Both the position numbers and the translations under genes were made by a program. From Eledone cirrhosa (taxonomy: Eukaryota): a DNA stretch of 64,000 nucleotides. Shown one piece after another: positions 12,968 to 27,053 of this stretch. The notes beneath the pieces are model-generated. The model saw nothing but the letters and a program-made list of their open reading frames with translations. It was not told the DNA's origin and did not search any database. Numbering within the stretch: position 1 is the stretch's first letter; each line of letters begins with the position of its first letter. The stretch covers positions 53,134,001-53,198,000 of the forward strand of contig OZ024741.1 in assembly GCA_964016885.1 (NCBI GenBank), read 5' to 3'.

Positions 12968-15240
12968 ATCGGTGAGCAGGCACACCAACAAACTGATTTG
13001 AGTATCACAGGTGAAATTCTTAAGCGGCAGGCCAAAAAACTAACCAACTGGAAATCACCAGGCCCAGATGGTGTGCAGGGGTATTGGATTAAAAATATAA
13101 CATCCCTCCACCCGAAACTGACAACCATGTCTGCTTGATGTCAGGTGAGGTACCAGAGTGGTTGACAAAAGGTACCACAGTTCTGATAATGAAAGACCGA
13201 ATCAAGGGTAATGATGTTACCAACTATAGACCTATCACATGTCTGTCCGTAATGTGGAAACTGTTGACGAGCATTGTGTCTGAGGAAATCTACCATCACC
13301 TCCACACAAACAACTTGTTACCGGACGAACAGAAAGGATGCCGAAAGAAGTCACGTGGTAGAAAGGACCAGTTACTTATTGATAAGATGGTAATGGGGAA
13401 TTGCAGGAAGAGACACACGGATCTTGCCATGGGATGGATAGACTACAGAAAGGCATTTGACATGGTGCCTTATTCTTGGATCACCAAAAGCCTGGAGATC
13501 TTCAAGGTGGCAGATAACATCAGACAGTTGTTGGGCAGGAGTATGAGGTCCTGGGAAACAGAGTTGACATCAACTGGAGAATCCTTGGGAAGCGTGAAGA
13601 TCAAGAGAGGTATCTTCCAGGGAGATAGCCTGTCCCCTCTGTTGTTTGTCCTTGCCCTGATGCCCCTGACCAGTGTACTGCGAAAAGTGAGAGCAGGATA
13701 CGGGCTGGGAAAAGGAGGGCTTACCATCAATCACCTCCTCTTCATGGACGATCTTAAGCTCTTTGGGAAGAGTGAGAAGGAGTTGGATGTGCTTGTTGAC
13801 ACTGTCCGTATTTTCAGCAGTGATATATGTATGCAGTTTGGTATTAGTAAGTGTGGAGTCATTGTGATGAGGAGGGGTAGGTTGAGCAGAAGTAACGGAA
13901 TCCAGATACCAACAGGTGAGATGATAAAGGAAATTGACTCTGAGGAAGGATACAAGTATTTGGGCGTTCTGGAGGCTGATGGCATAAAGAACAAAAAAAT
14001 GAAGGAATTGTTAAGAACTGAATACATTCGGAGAGTAAGGAGCGTATTGAAGTCACATCTGAACAGCAGAAATGCCATAAGCGCAGTAAATTCCCGAGCT
14101 GTGTCTATTATTACGCACAGTGCGGGAATTCTGAGATGGAATGTTGCTGAACAAAAAGAAATGGATAGGAAGACTAGGAAGCTATTGACTATCTACAACA
14201 TGTTCCACAAGAGGAGTGATGTCGATATACTCTACCTAAGGAGATCTGATGGTGGAAGAGGTCTTATCAGCATAGAGGACTGTATTCAGATGAAGAAAAA
14301 CAACCTACACAAATACGTGACTGATAGTAAGGAGCCAATGCTCAGAACTGTACTGAAGGCCAGGGGATGTCCAAGGAGGAAATAACATCAAGGAGGAAGA
14401 GCAGCTTTAAGGGAAAATCCCTTCATAGTACCTTCTTTGAGAAAACTGAATTTAGAGATCCACAGACATGGAACTGGTTGAGAAGGGGAGACCTCAAAAA
14501 GGCTACAGAAGGAATGTTAATGGCTGCGCAGGAGCAGTCCCTCAAAACGAAGTGGTTGAAACACCATATTTACAAGGAGGAGGCTAGCCCACTGTGAAGG
14601 ATCTGTGGAGAGAGAGAGGAGACTGTGGCTCACATTGCATCCGAGTGTAAGCACCTAGCCCAGACCCACTATAAGGGCTGGAGACATGATGTGATGGGCA
14701 GGGTGATCCACTGGCACCTGTGCAAAGTAAAAAGTTTACCACATTCTGAGAAATGGTATGAGAATAAGCCAGAGGCGGTGATGGAGAACGATCAGGTGAA
14801 GGTGCTGTGGGATGTTAGGATACAGACGGACAAGAAACTGGAACACAATAGACCTGACCTGGTGGTTGTGGACAAAGAAAAAAGATCGTGTCTGATGGTG
14901 GATGTGGCCTGCCCATTCGACACGAGAGTACAAGAGAAGGAGAGGGAGAAAATTAACCGATACCAGGACTTAAAGTGGGAGATAAAAAGGATTTGGAACT
15001 GCCATGAAGTCAAAGTGATCCCGATTGTCATAGGCGCACTGGGGACTATCTCCAAAAGTTTCCAGGGATGGTTAAAGAAAATTGGCCCCTTCACGCTTTT
15101 TGGAACGCTTCAAAAGGCATGCTTGCTGGGAACAGCAAGAACCCTCCGATACGTCCTGAATATCTGAGGCTGCAGGTAGTGGCTTGATATTCATTCCAAC
15201 GGACTTTCCAGATAACTAACATCAATGACTGAGATTCAAG

Positions 15241-15241
<1 letters not shown>
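12968..15241 (+). mobile_element. R4/Dong-type element, copy 2 (5'-truncated, frameshifted)
   Basis: ORF pieces 12917-13138, 13135-14385, 14367-14597, 14625-15167; flanked by (AAT)n on both sides. Confidence 0.9.
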
Positions 15242-15295
<54 letters not shown>

Positions 15296-15296
15296 T

Positions 15297-16020
15297 TTTA
15301 GTACAAATGCTACGTAAAGCACCCGGCTTGAGCCCCCAAAAATTCGGACCCCAAATATATTGTTATAAGGCTCAAATATTCAAATATTCAACTTTGTATT
15401 GTACACTGTATATCCAAAAAAGAAAATGGCTATAAATGGAAGAAGAACCCCCCCCCTCCTCTCCTCTGTCTACACTATATAGAACAGCCAAACTCACCAA
15501 CACCAGAAACTAGATACACCACCCACCTCATCACCTGTGTACACTAAACACAACAGCCAGATAACGGCAATTTCACCACCACTGCTCACTACTGCCATCA
15601 TTACCACCGCTATCCCATCACCGCCGCCACCACTCTTCACTCCTTCACTGACCACCACTGCCTCGGTATCGACATCACCACCACCACTGTCTCAGTATCG
15701 CTACCGCCGCCAGTCACCCACTTCTCCCAGATGGCTGCTGCCACCACATTATAGAATTCCTACTACTAAAAAAGAGGAAGGCATCAAAATATATAGATAG
15801 ACTCAAAAGAAAAAAGAAAAAACAAACAACAAAACCAAAGCAGCACAGCAACAACAGCAAAAATCGAGAAAAACAAACAGAGAAAAACAAAAACAAAAAA
15901 AAACAAAAACCGTAAAGAAAATAAGAATGAAGAGAGAAGCAGGCGGACGGACAGAGAAGAGGGGGGAAAATCTAAAACTAAAAAAACAAAAACCAAGTCA
16001 GACATTCGAACACTACATTA
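15297..16020 (+). mobile_element. Probable 5' end/ORF1 start of another Tx1-like element
   Basis: Begins after (AAT)n; A-run plus ATGGC (15426) followed by ACC/AAC-rich low-complexity sequence, as at 7783 and 22630. Confidence 0.35.
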
Positions 16021-16049
16021 CAATGAAACTTATGCTTATTCATTTTTGG

Positions 16050-16145
16050 GGCCCTTTCTGCCTGTGTGTTTGTTTGTTTATGTGTGTTCGTATACAGCGT
16101 GGTGATAATTCCACACAAGGGCCAAGTGGAACGGCGAATCCACAG
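16050..16145 (+). ncRNA. HDV-like ribozyme candidate at the element 5' end
   Basis: P1 GGCCCTT (16050-56)/AAGGGCC (16117-23); P3 gtg/cac; J4/2 GGCGAAT (16133-39) followed by ccac pairing with upstream gtgg; L3/P1.1 non-canonical. Confidence 0.5.
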
Positions 16146-19100
16146 ATGGCTATGTAACCATACATTCGCCAATCCTCGATAAGAGTGTTTAAATATCGAA
16201 CATAAACAGTTCGAATAACTGTGAAATGGAGACTAGAACGTCATGTGACAGACTCTCACCCAACAGGTGACCCCTGGCTCAGCAGCAGGAACCTGACTGT
16301 CAACCAAATACTGCTGATGTTAGAGGAAGAAGAAGAAGGAAAGGGGCCAGAACCAACTGGACGAAAGAATTGAATAGAACTGTTATGCAATGTTACCTGA
16401 AAAGTAACCCCAAGGAGAGGGGCTACAGGAGACGGATGCATAACATCTGGAACGAGATTGGTGTATTTAAATTAGATGAACAAAAATTGGCCGGGTAGGC
16501 TCGGGTAATAAGAACTAATGGGTGGATAAGCGAGCTGGAACAGGAGGAACTGAGCAGAGAGAATGGCTTGGAGATGGCGGGTGTAGTATGCCAGACAAGC
16601 GAGCCAGTGGGAAATGAAGGTGAAGAGGTCCTGAGAACGGAGGAACCACCCGAAGCAGACAATGATCTGAATACTGAGATAAATAATACCTGGAACAGAG
16701 ATACGGCCACTGAGGAGATGAATGCTGACGGGCTAGGACAAGATTCGGTTGACATCCTAAATTTAGTGGTAGATGAATTGAACAATGATAGTGGGAGACC
16801 TATGAACCTAAGATTTGTAGACAGGAAAAAGTTAAAAGAAACAACAGCTAAGGTAAACAAAGTCATCCCATAACTTGAGGCGAGGAGCCTTCACCAGTGC
16901 AACAATATCCTCAAAGCAACAGCAAATACGGCGAGGAAACTACTTGGTATAAAAGCGAGAGGAAACAACAGACAAGAAAGAGCAGAGCCGTGGTGGAAGA
17001 AACGACTGAGTGGTCAAATCGGGGAAATGAGAAATGACATAGGAAAGCTTGAGTCACTACTGAATGGGACACTAAAAAACATAGGCACTAAAAATAGACT
17101 GAAAATAAAGTACAAAACTAGGAGGAAAAAGCTAAATGTTATCATAGAGGAACTGAAGCAACGTATTGTAGCAAAGAGTACAAAAATCAGGCGATACGAG
17201 AACAGAGTCAGTCAGTATAAACAGAACCGCATGTTCGACAACAACCAGAAGATGCTGTTTGGACAGCTTGAGGGGAAAGAAAGAGGCAACGACTTGATCC
17301 CTGGGGCGGAGCAAACTAAAACATTCTGGAGAGGAATATGGGAGCAGGATGTTAGACATAATGTCCAGGCAGGGTGGATTGAGACAGTACAGAGGGAGAT
17401 CGGTGAGCAGGCACACCAACAAACTGATTTGAGTATCACAGTTGAAACTCTTAAAGGGCAGGCCAAAAAACTAACCAACTGGAAATCACCAGGCCCAGAT
17501 GGTGTGCAGGGGTATTGGATTAAAAATTTAACATCCCTCCACCCGAAGCTGACGGCCATGTTCAATGACTGCTTGGTGTCGGGTGAGGTGCCAGAGTGGT
17601 TGACAAAAGGTACCACAGTTCTGATAATGAAAGACCGAATCAAGAGTAATGATGTTACCAACTATAGACCTATCAAATGTCTGTCCGTAATGTGGAAACT
17701 GTTGACGAGCATTGTGTCTGAGGAAATCTACCATCACCTCCACACAAACAACTTGTTACCGGACGAACAGAAAGGAAGTCACGTGGTACAAAGGACCAGT
17801 TACTTATTGATAAGATGGTAATGGGGAATTGCAGGAGGAGACACACTGATCTTGCCATGGGATGGATAGACTACAGAAAGGCATTTGACATTGTGCCTCA
17901 TTCTTGGATCACCAAAAGCCTGGAGATCTTCAGGGTGGCAGATAACATCAGACAGTTGCTGGGCAGGAGTATGGGGTCCTGGGAGACAGAGTTGACATCA
18001 ACTGGAGTATCCTTGGGAAGCGTGAAGATCAAGAGAGGTATCTTCCAGGGAGATAGCCTGTCCCCTCTGTTGTTTGTCCTTGCCCTGATGCCCTTGACCA
18101 TTATGCTGCGAAAAGTGAGAGCAGGATACAAGTTGGGAAAGGGAGAGCTTACCATCAATCACCTCCTCTTCATGGACGATCTTAAGCTCTTCGGGAAAAG
18201 TGAGAAGGAGTTGGATGTGCTTGTTGACACTGTCCGTATTTTCAGCAGTGATATATGTATGCAGTTTGGTATTAGTAAATCTGGAGTCATTGTGATGAGG
18301 AGGGTAGGTTGAGCAGAAGTAACGGGATCCAGATACCAACAGGTGAGATGATAAAGGAAATTGACTCTGAGGAAGGATACAAGTATTTGGGCGTTCTGGA
18401 GGCTGATGGCATAAAGAACAAAAAAATGAAGGAATTGTTAAGAACTGAATACATTCGGAGAGTAAGGAGCGTATTGAAGTCACATCTGAACAGCAGAAAT
18501 GCCATAAGCGCAGTAAATTCCCGAGCTGTGTCTATTATTAGGTACAGTGCGGGAATTCTGAGATGGAATGTTGCTGAACAAAAAGAAATGGATAGGAAGA
18601 CTAGGAAGCTATTGACTATCTACAACATGTTCCACAAGAGGAGTGATGTCGATAGACTCTACCTAAGGAGATCTGAGGGTGGAAGAGGTCTTATCAGCAT
18701 AGGGGACTGTGTTCAGATGGAGAAAAACAACCTATACAAATACGTGACCTATAGTAAGGAGCCAATGCTCAGAACTGTACTGAAGGAGGGGACAGTAGGC
18801 CAGGGGATGTCCAAGGAGGAAATAACATCAAGGAGGAAGAGCAGCTTTAAGGGAAAATCCCTTCATAGTACCTTCTTTGAGAAAACTGAATTTAGAGATC
18901 CACAGACATGGAACTGGTTGAGAAGGGGAGACCTCAAAAAGGCTACAGAAGGAATGCTAATGGCTGCGCAGGAGCAGGCCCTCAAAACGAAGTGGTTGAA
19001 GCACCATATTTACAAGGAGGAGGCTATCCCACTGTGCAGGATCTGTGGAGAGAGAGAGGAGACTGTGGCTCACATTGTGTCCGAGTGTAAACACCTAGCC

Positions 19101-19680
19101 CAGACCCACTATAAGGGCTGGAGACACGATGTGATGGGCAGGGTGATCCACTGGCACCTGTGCAAAGTAAACAATTTACCACATTCTGAGAAATGGTATG
19201 AGCATAGGCCAGATGCGGTGATGGAGAACAATCAGGTGAAGGTGCTGTGGGATTTTAGGATACAGACGGACAAAAAACTGGAACACAATAGACCTGACCT
19301 GGTGGTTGTGGACAAAGAAAAAAGATCGTGTCTGATTGTGGATGTGGCCTGCCCTTTCGCACGAGAGTGCAAGAGAAGGAGAGGGAGAAAATTAACCGAT
19401 ACCAGGACCTAAAGTGGGAGGTGAAAAGGATTTGGAACTGCCATGAAGTCAAAGTGATCCCGATTGTCATAGGCGCACTGGGGACTATCTCCAAAAGTTT
19501 CCATGGATGGTTAAAGAAAATCGGCCACTTCACGCTTTTTGGAACGCTTCAAAAGGCATGCTTGCTGGGAACAGCAAGAACCCTCCGATACGTCCTGAAT
19601 ATCTGAGGCTGCAGGTAGTGGCTTGATATTCATTCCAACGGACTTTCCAGTTAACCAACATCAATGACTGAGATTCAAGG
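16050..19680 (+). mobile_element. R4/Dong-type element, copy 3 (apparently full length, pseudogenised)
   Basis: N-terminal Myb-like segment NWTKELNRTVMQCY...GYRRRMHNIW...EQKLA; PWWKKRL; KSPGPDG; RT; CCHC; RLE; several stops and frameshifts; (AAT)n tail. Confidence 0.9.
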
Positions 19681-19689
19681 AATAACAAC

Positions 19690-19717
<28 letters not shown>

Positions 19718-19720
<3 letters not shown>

Positions 19721-21975
19721 CTTCCGAAGAATGATGAGACAAACAATCCCAAAAATTACAGACCGATAACTTGCTTGACCACAATGTATAACATTTTAAC
19801 ATCAGTCCTAACTGAATATACATATGACCACCTGATAACAAATGATCTATTTCCCAATGAGCAGATAGGGTGTAAAGGAGGCTCATATGGTTGTAAGGAT
19901 CAGCTTTTGGTTAACAAAATGATACTGGAAGATTGTCATAATAGACACAAAAATCTATCAATTGCTAGGATAGATTATAAAAAAACATTCGATAGTTTGC
20001 CATACAGTTGGATTGAAAAATGTTTATAGATTTTCAAAATATCTCCCCTTGTCAGGATGTTCCTGTCATTCAGTATGAAGACATGGAAAACGACACTCCT
20101 TTTGAATAGTGAAAAAAAAATCACTAGAAGCTGGAGAAGTTAATATTAATTGTGGAATTTTTCAAAATGACTCTTTATCACCACTTTTATTCTGCATCGC
20201 ACTTATACCATTAAGTAAAATGCTCAATAAAACAAAACATGGATATAAAGTCTATGACAAAACCATTAATCACTTGTACTACATGGATGACCTGAAACTA
20301 CTTGCAAAAAATGATGAACAATTGCAAGGGCTATTATCCACTATGGAGCAGTTCAGTGATGACATTAAAATGGAGTTTGGACTAGATAAATGCGCCAAAG
20401 CAACGTTCACCAGAGGAAAGCTGCTGAAAAGTTCAGACATTAATCTTGATCGGGAGAATGTGATAAGAGATCTTGATCAAGAGGAAACTTACAAATATCT
20501 AGGTGTTTGTGAAGGAGACGGAATCAAGCACTCGACAATGAGGGAAAGGATAAGGAAGGAATGTTACAGCAAAGTAAAGAGCAATCTTAAGAACGGAATT
20601 GAATGCAAGGAATAGGATCGATGCTATAAACACGCTTGCCATACCAGTAGTAACCTACAGTTACAATGTCATCAACTGGTCAAGCACAGAGATCCGTAGG
20701 CTCGATACAAAAATTAGAAAATTCTTAACCATGCACAGAATGCATCACCCTAAGGCAGATATAGATAGAATATATCTCCCTAGGAAAGAAGGAGGGCGTG
20801 GGTTAATCCAGTTAGATATTGCGTTGAAAACTGCAACAATTGGATTATCTACATATCTAAGGGAATCACATGATTGGATGATCAAACTCGTTTTGAAACA
20901 CGAAAGCATCAAAAGATCATACACCATTACAAAAGATGCACAAAGATACAGTAATGGACTACAAATTTCAGAAGTCCCATTTACTGCTGAAATGGAAAAC
21001 ACAGAAAAAGCAAAGCAGGTAAAAGTAACTGCAAAGAAAGAACTGCTACAGAAACTGGCTAAGAAATGGCAAGAAAAGCCTCTGTATGGAAAATACCCAG
21101 AAAGAGCTAACAATCCTGATGTTGACAAAACTTTAACCCATCAGTGGTTGGCATCCTCTGGACTGAAATCGGAGACTGAAGGACTGATTATATCAGCACA
21201 AGATCAGTGTCTGCCAACAAAAAATTATCAAGCCAACATAATAAAAAATGGATGCAACCCATTATGCCGTGTATGTAAAAAAACAACCAGAGACCATTGA
21301 TCATGTAATTTCAATGTGCAGTCCTATAGCTCCAACCGAATACCTAAACAGGCATGACAGAGCTGCACAATACATACATTGGATAATGTGTAAGCATTTT
21401 GACCTGCCCCATCAAAAGTATTGATGGGAGCATCAACCACCTCCCATACTTGAAAAAGATCACATCTCAATCTTGTGGAACTTTAGCATCCAAACAGACC
21501 GAAAAATAGATGCAAATAGACCTGATATAATAATGAAGGACTTTAAAAAGAGGGTCTTCCTGCTAATTGATATGTCCGTTCCAATAGACAAGAATGTATC
21601 TATAAAAACATTTGAAAAATTGAGCAAGTATAAGGACCGGGAGATAGAAATTGGAAAAATATGGAAATTGAGAACTAAAACAATACCAGTGGTTGTAGGC
21701 GCTCTAGGAATGATACCTAAGGGGTCTAATGATTACTTATCGCAAATCCCAGGAAACCCGCGTATAGGAGAAATGCAAAAGATAGTACTAATGGGAACTG
21801 CGCATATACTAAAGAAGATTCTGTCAATATAAGTACATCACAAGTCTAAACACCGAAAGATGCATGTGTTTGTATGTATGTTCTTTCTTGAACATAGCGG
21901 ACCTTGTTGTCTCTTGAGGTCACTGGTTGTGACTTGGTGATAACTCGTATGAACATAAAGCAAAATAAATGATGA
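19718..21975 (+). mobile_element. Second, divergent R4/Dong-type family (5'-truncated, decayed)
   Basis: NYRPITCL, IDYKKTFDS, GIFQNDSLSP, YYMDDLKL, CRVCKK, RPDII, EKLSKYKD; starts in the (AAT)n tail of copy 3. Confidence 0.85.
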
Positions 21976-22057
21976 TCCACTGGCACCTATGCAAAGTAAA
22001 CAATTTACCGCATTCTGAGAGGTGGTATGAGCATAAGCCAGAATCGGTGATAGAAAA
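21971..22057 (+). mobile_element. Short internal fragment of Dong family 1
   Basis: 'tgatccactggcacctatgcaaagtaaacaatttacc...' matches ~19144-19230. Confidence 0.7.
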
Positions 22058-22425
22058 TGTGAATGTGGCGATAATGGCCCGTGTGAATGGGCCTACTCTG
22101 ACCATGCGCCTATAGGCCAGATAATTTGAGGAAGAGAAGGGTGCTCTCCCCGGGTGCCCTAGAAGCGCAGGGTGGTTCAGGATTGGTGTGGTACCTGAGT
22201 CACCCCTGAGCCCCCCCCCCCATCATAAGGGAATTTATTTTGTTATATTTATGCATAGTTTAATTTATATTTTTATATCTTCATTGTTAAATTAGTCTTG
22301 CCATTGTGCACTTTTAGTCGTCCTTATTGTAAACCCTCACCATCCGTGTCTTTGTATTGTACCCTACATGTTGGCCCTTGTGGTCAATAAATGAAATCAT
22401 TATCATTATTATTATTATTATTATT
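22058..22425 (+). mobile_element. Tx1-like 3' end with (ATT)n tail
   Basis: 'atggcccgtgtgaatgg' matches ~10510; AATAAA followed by (ATT)n. Confidence 0.6.
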
Positions 22426-25400
22426 GGTCTAATCGGAGGTCTTTTGCCCGCTCCCAGTAAGTGACTTTATTTGCCTGTTAAAATTATTTGTTGTTAAATA
22501 TTTCTTGTTGTGTAAGGGAGACAAGCCCTTAGACTTTGCCCTGTAAAGAGGAAAGTATAATATTTGGGCCTTTTGGCCCAAATACTTGAACATTACACTT
22601 TTAAAAAAAAATACTTATTAAAAAAAAACATGGCTGAGACCAGCAATATGTCTGCTGTCAAGTGACAACGGCGTAAATGTTGAGAGGAGGGTTAGTGAAA
22701 TTCATACAACAGACACCACCACAAACAACGTGAACAAAGAAAACAACACTGAGAACAGTAATTTTGAAAAAATTACCACACCAACTACAACAATAACAGC
22801 GTCAACCAAAATACAAACAACAACAACAAAATGACAACAAATGCAACAACGATATTAACACCACTAACAAGAAAATAAGCAACGACAACATCGACAGCAA
22901 CAGTGCAAATTGCACCGAAAACAACAACAACGGTGGCACCAAAAACACAACCAACTACAACAGTGATAACAGCAACAACATTTGTAGCAGTAGCAACAGC
23001 AACAGCACCAACAACAAGACCAGTAGCAGCAGTAGCGTCAGCAATAATGGTGCCGCTGAAAAAGATGCCACTGGTTTCGTAGGTGTGGCCCGAAATATAG
23101 AGACAGTGCTAGTCACGGAGGATGAGATGGAAGTCGCAAGAGCCATGGTGTCGAGAAACGACAATAGAGTTTCCGTGAAACCTTCACCCTATTTCTTCAA
23201 AGACCAGCAGCTGCGCACGGGTACTTACCGCACCGTAAGCAAAATATCACATCGGGTGGAGAAAACCACGGAGGCTCAAATCAAAAAGGCCTTGGAATGC
23301 GTCTGGGCGCGCAAAACCCATATCACCCGAGGCAAAAAGTACGCTACAGTAGACGTACTTTTCGTCAGCCCCCAAGAGGCGAAGTCTCACTCTTTTGAAA
23401 CCAGAAAAAGTGAGGAGATAGTCTTGGTGCCCTCCTGCTGCGGGCAGAAAATTGTGAGGGTGAAAGTGACTCAGGTCCTGCCGAACGTGCCCATACCTTG
23501 GCTGGCCGCGTCTGTACTGGCTGGAATCGAGGCGAAGACAACCATACTGCAAATACAGAGAATGGGAAGAGAGAACTGGTCAGGAATAAGCATGCAAATG
23601 TTAATGCAGACTGACCAGGAGTGCATCGAGGCCATCTCAGGCATCATAGACCTCGAAGAAGGGCTCCAACTTCCTATAAGCGTGGAAGGAAGGCGCCCAA
23701 AGTGCTATCTCTGTGAGCAGAGGGTCAGCTCAGGGTCTTCTGCCCGTAGAATACATACAAGAAGAGGGCTCCCCTCCTTCCGACGCCTGATCCGTAGCTA
23801 CCAAGAGCAGAAGACCCTTCCATGGTGAGTAGGAGGGCAACGTCCGTGGCACCCATACCAAGTCCACGGACAACTAAAGCAGCGGCATTAGTGGCGGCAA
23901 CACCAACAGTCGCAGTAGCTACACCGGCGGCAACATCGCCAGAGCAGGCTCCACTAAAACCACCACCAACAGTATAGCTCATCACCCTCCCAGACGCCAC
24001 GGAATCTGACATGGAGTATGAGGCGGGAGGGAAGTGGCAAACGGTCTACCCCAAAAAACAAAAACGGAAAAACCCTTAGCTTCACCATCCAAAAATGAAA
24101 GCAGACATAGATGGGTAAAGACTGCAAGACTTGCAGCAACACCACCACCATCACCATCACCACCACAATCATCACCACCACCGACAACAACACCACCACC
24201 AGCATCACAAAAAACACCAACATCGCAAACACAACAAAACACACACACCAAACAGCAACAATAAGAAAACAGCAACAAAATCACCCCTCCCTCACAAACG
24301 TACACAGCTATAAACATGGTAAATAAAGGACTCTTACAACATATAAAGCAGCACACAGACATCACAGAAAAAACTACTACACCCAACCAATACCAAGAAC
24401 TCTCCCGACAGACATAAACATCATTGAAATCTCAATAGAACATTACAAACTTTTAAAACAAAAGTTCCCCAACGTAGTTGGAGACTTCAGAGGATCGGTT
24501 ACCAAGAGGATATACACCGACATCATCTTGGAAAGACCCATGAACAGCCAAAGGGACGGTTCTACTGTCCCTTCACCACACGATCAAGGTAAGTGATCCT
24601 TTCTCACTTACCCCGTTTCTCATCCAGCATGGCTGTACTTAGAATATGCAGTATAAATGTACGTGGCCTGGGGTCATTATGGAAGGATTCTCACCTGCTC
24701 AACGACCTCAGGTCACTAAACATAGATGTGGTGGCCATCAGCGGGACCAGAATCTCAGAAGCACGAACCTTCGCACCGATCTTCGGCGGCTACGATGTAT
24801 ACGCATCTCCCAGCCGTCCAGGATCCGGGGAGGGGTCGCCGTGCTTTTTCGGAAGGCTTGGATCTCGCCATACGGGTCATCTTCCTGGACACAGAAGGTA
24901 AGTCGGTGGTGCTGGACGTGACCGGCATCGAAGGCAATGCTTTCAGGCTAGTAGCCGTCTACGCCCCAACAGGCGCAGGACGGCCAGATTTCTTCAGACG
25001 TCTAGAGACCTTTCTTGGAACGTCCCGCTCTTTAGTGATAGTGGGCGACTGGAACAGTATCTTAGATTCACGCTGGGATTATGTGGGGTTAGTAGACAGG
25101 GCAGATGGGTATTCTGTAGGGAAACAGATAAGGCTAGTGTAAGTTGTCCGTAATTTAAAGTAGTCGATTACACGGACTACAAATTTGTGATCTGTGAAGT
25201 TGACTTAGATAGACTCCATAGACAAGGGCCCGGCTACTGGAAGCTGAACGAGTCGTTCCCGGCGCGCAAAGCTTACAGAGACCGGAATAGCGAATTAGTG
25301 AAGCGTTCTTTGACGGGTGCGATCGTCAACAACAGGTGGTGGTTTGCCCTGAAAAGGGCTATTAGAGTAGAATCGACAAGATTTAGCAAAGGAGTAGTGA

Positions 25401-27053
25401 TAGAGGAACATAGAGTAGAGGGAGAGTTAGTTAGAAAGCTACAAGAGGCGTTTAGGACAGGCATCGCAACCGACGTGCTTGCGGCGAGATTGGCACTTGA
25501 CCAATTCTTCAACGCAAAGCATGAAGGCTGCGTTGTCAGAGCTAGAGCGCGTGCTCTAAGACACGAGGGGACGAAAGCAGTTCAATGGGACCGAGTGATG
25601 GAGGCGCGACGTGGCAACAAGTCCACAATTCCGTCTTTGTCTGATCAAAACGGGCGCATGTTGCTCGAACCCGAGCAGATGTGTGCGGCTTTTCAACAAC
25701 ATTTTGCTAAATCATTCGGGAGCGGCGGCGGGCCGGATCGGTGTATGGATTTCAGTGCATACCTTGACGGACTGCCGCGGCCTTCGACGACCGCAGCGCA
25801 GTGCTGCGAAAATCCCATATCAGCAGGTGAAATACGGGAAGCGATGTCTGACTTCAGGAGGGGTCAACCGCCAGATTTGGAGGTCTGCCCTACGAGCTTT
25901 ATGCGTATATGCCAGACTTGTTCGGCGACCAACTGGCAGCAGAACGGGAGCATTCCCAGTTTTGTGAGCCGGGGAGTGTGGTGCTGCTGAGAAAAGACCC
26001 GAACAAGGGGGACGTTATAGACAATTTCAGGCCCATAACTCTGCTAAACAGAGTTTAAGATTTTGGCCAAGGTGTTAGCAAAGAGATTGGTGCTTGTCGT
26101 CGCTGATCTCGTGGGAGAGGGGCATACATGCGCCATTCCGGACAGATCCACCCACGACAACCTCCATCCCATGCGATACATCATAGAGAGGTTGGTTAAG
26201 GAAACTGGCACGGGTGGGGCCCTGATCAACTTGGATCAATCTAAAGCATTTGATAGAGTCGACCATCGGTACCTGGTGGCGGTCCTCGAGGCGGCCGGCT
26301 TCGGGCTCGCTTTTAGGGGCTGGATCGCTGCGATGCACAGCGACATCTGCTCGATTGTGGGGGTGAATGGTCACCTGTCGCAGCCTTTCAGCATCATGCA
26401 CACGGTCCGACAGGGTTGCCCCCTCTCATCCCTCTTGTACGTACTGGTCCTCGAGCCGTTACTGCACACATTTGAGACGATGAGGGGGTCCCACGCGAAC
26501 TGGGATGCGGGAGATCCGTGTCATCTTACGCCGACGACGTCACCGTGGTGGTGTCGAGCACCAAAGACGTCCAGATGCACGGCACCACTCTCAAGGAATA
26601 CGAAGCGGTGACAGGAGCAAAGATAAATCAGGAAAAGTTGGTGGGCTTGCAACTCGGCACCTGGAGAGGCAAGTCCATGCCGTCATACAGCGTCGTTGGG
26701 CGCTGGACGGAAGTACCGGTTAAATTGCTCGGGGTCTGGTTCGGTCCGGACCACCAGATGGAGAAAAACTGGAGCGAGTTGACAAGGAGGGTGTCCTCTC
26801 TCACCCAGAAATGGGCCGAGAGGAGGCTGTCTCTGAAAGGTCGGGCGGAGGTGGTGAATGCGTACATAGCGTCCGTCCTCTGCAACCGCCTGACCGTCGT
26901 ACCTTTCCCCCGGCCAACTCTGACCAAAATGGAGCGCATCCTCCTCCGCTTTTTGGTCAGACGATCCATTTGCTGTCAACATCCATTGTGTGGAGGACTG
27001 GACATGCCGTGGCTGAGGATGAGCAAACATGCGCTGAGGCTGCGACATCTCAT
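22426..27053 (+). mobile_element. Tx1/L1-clade non-LTR retrotransposon (ORF1 plus APE-RT ORF2, frameshifted, 3'-truncated)
   Basis: ORF1 with RRPKCYLC; APE: SINVRGL, VYAP, VGDWN; PGYWKLN; RT: NFRPITLL, LDQSKAFDRVDH, VRQGCPLS, YADDV. Confidence 0.88.
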
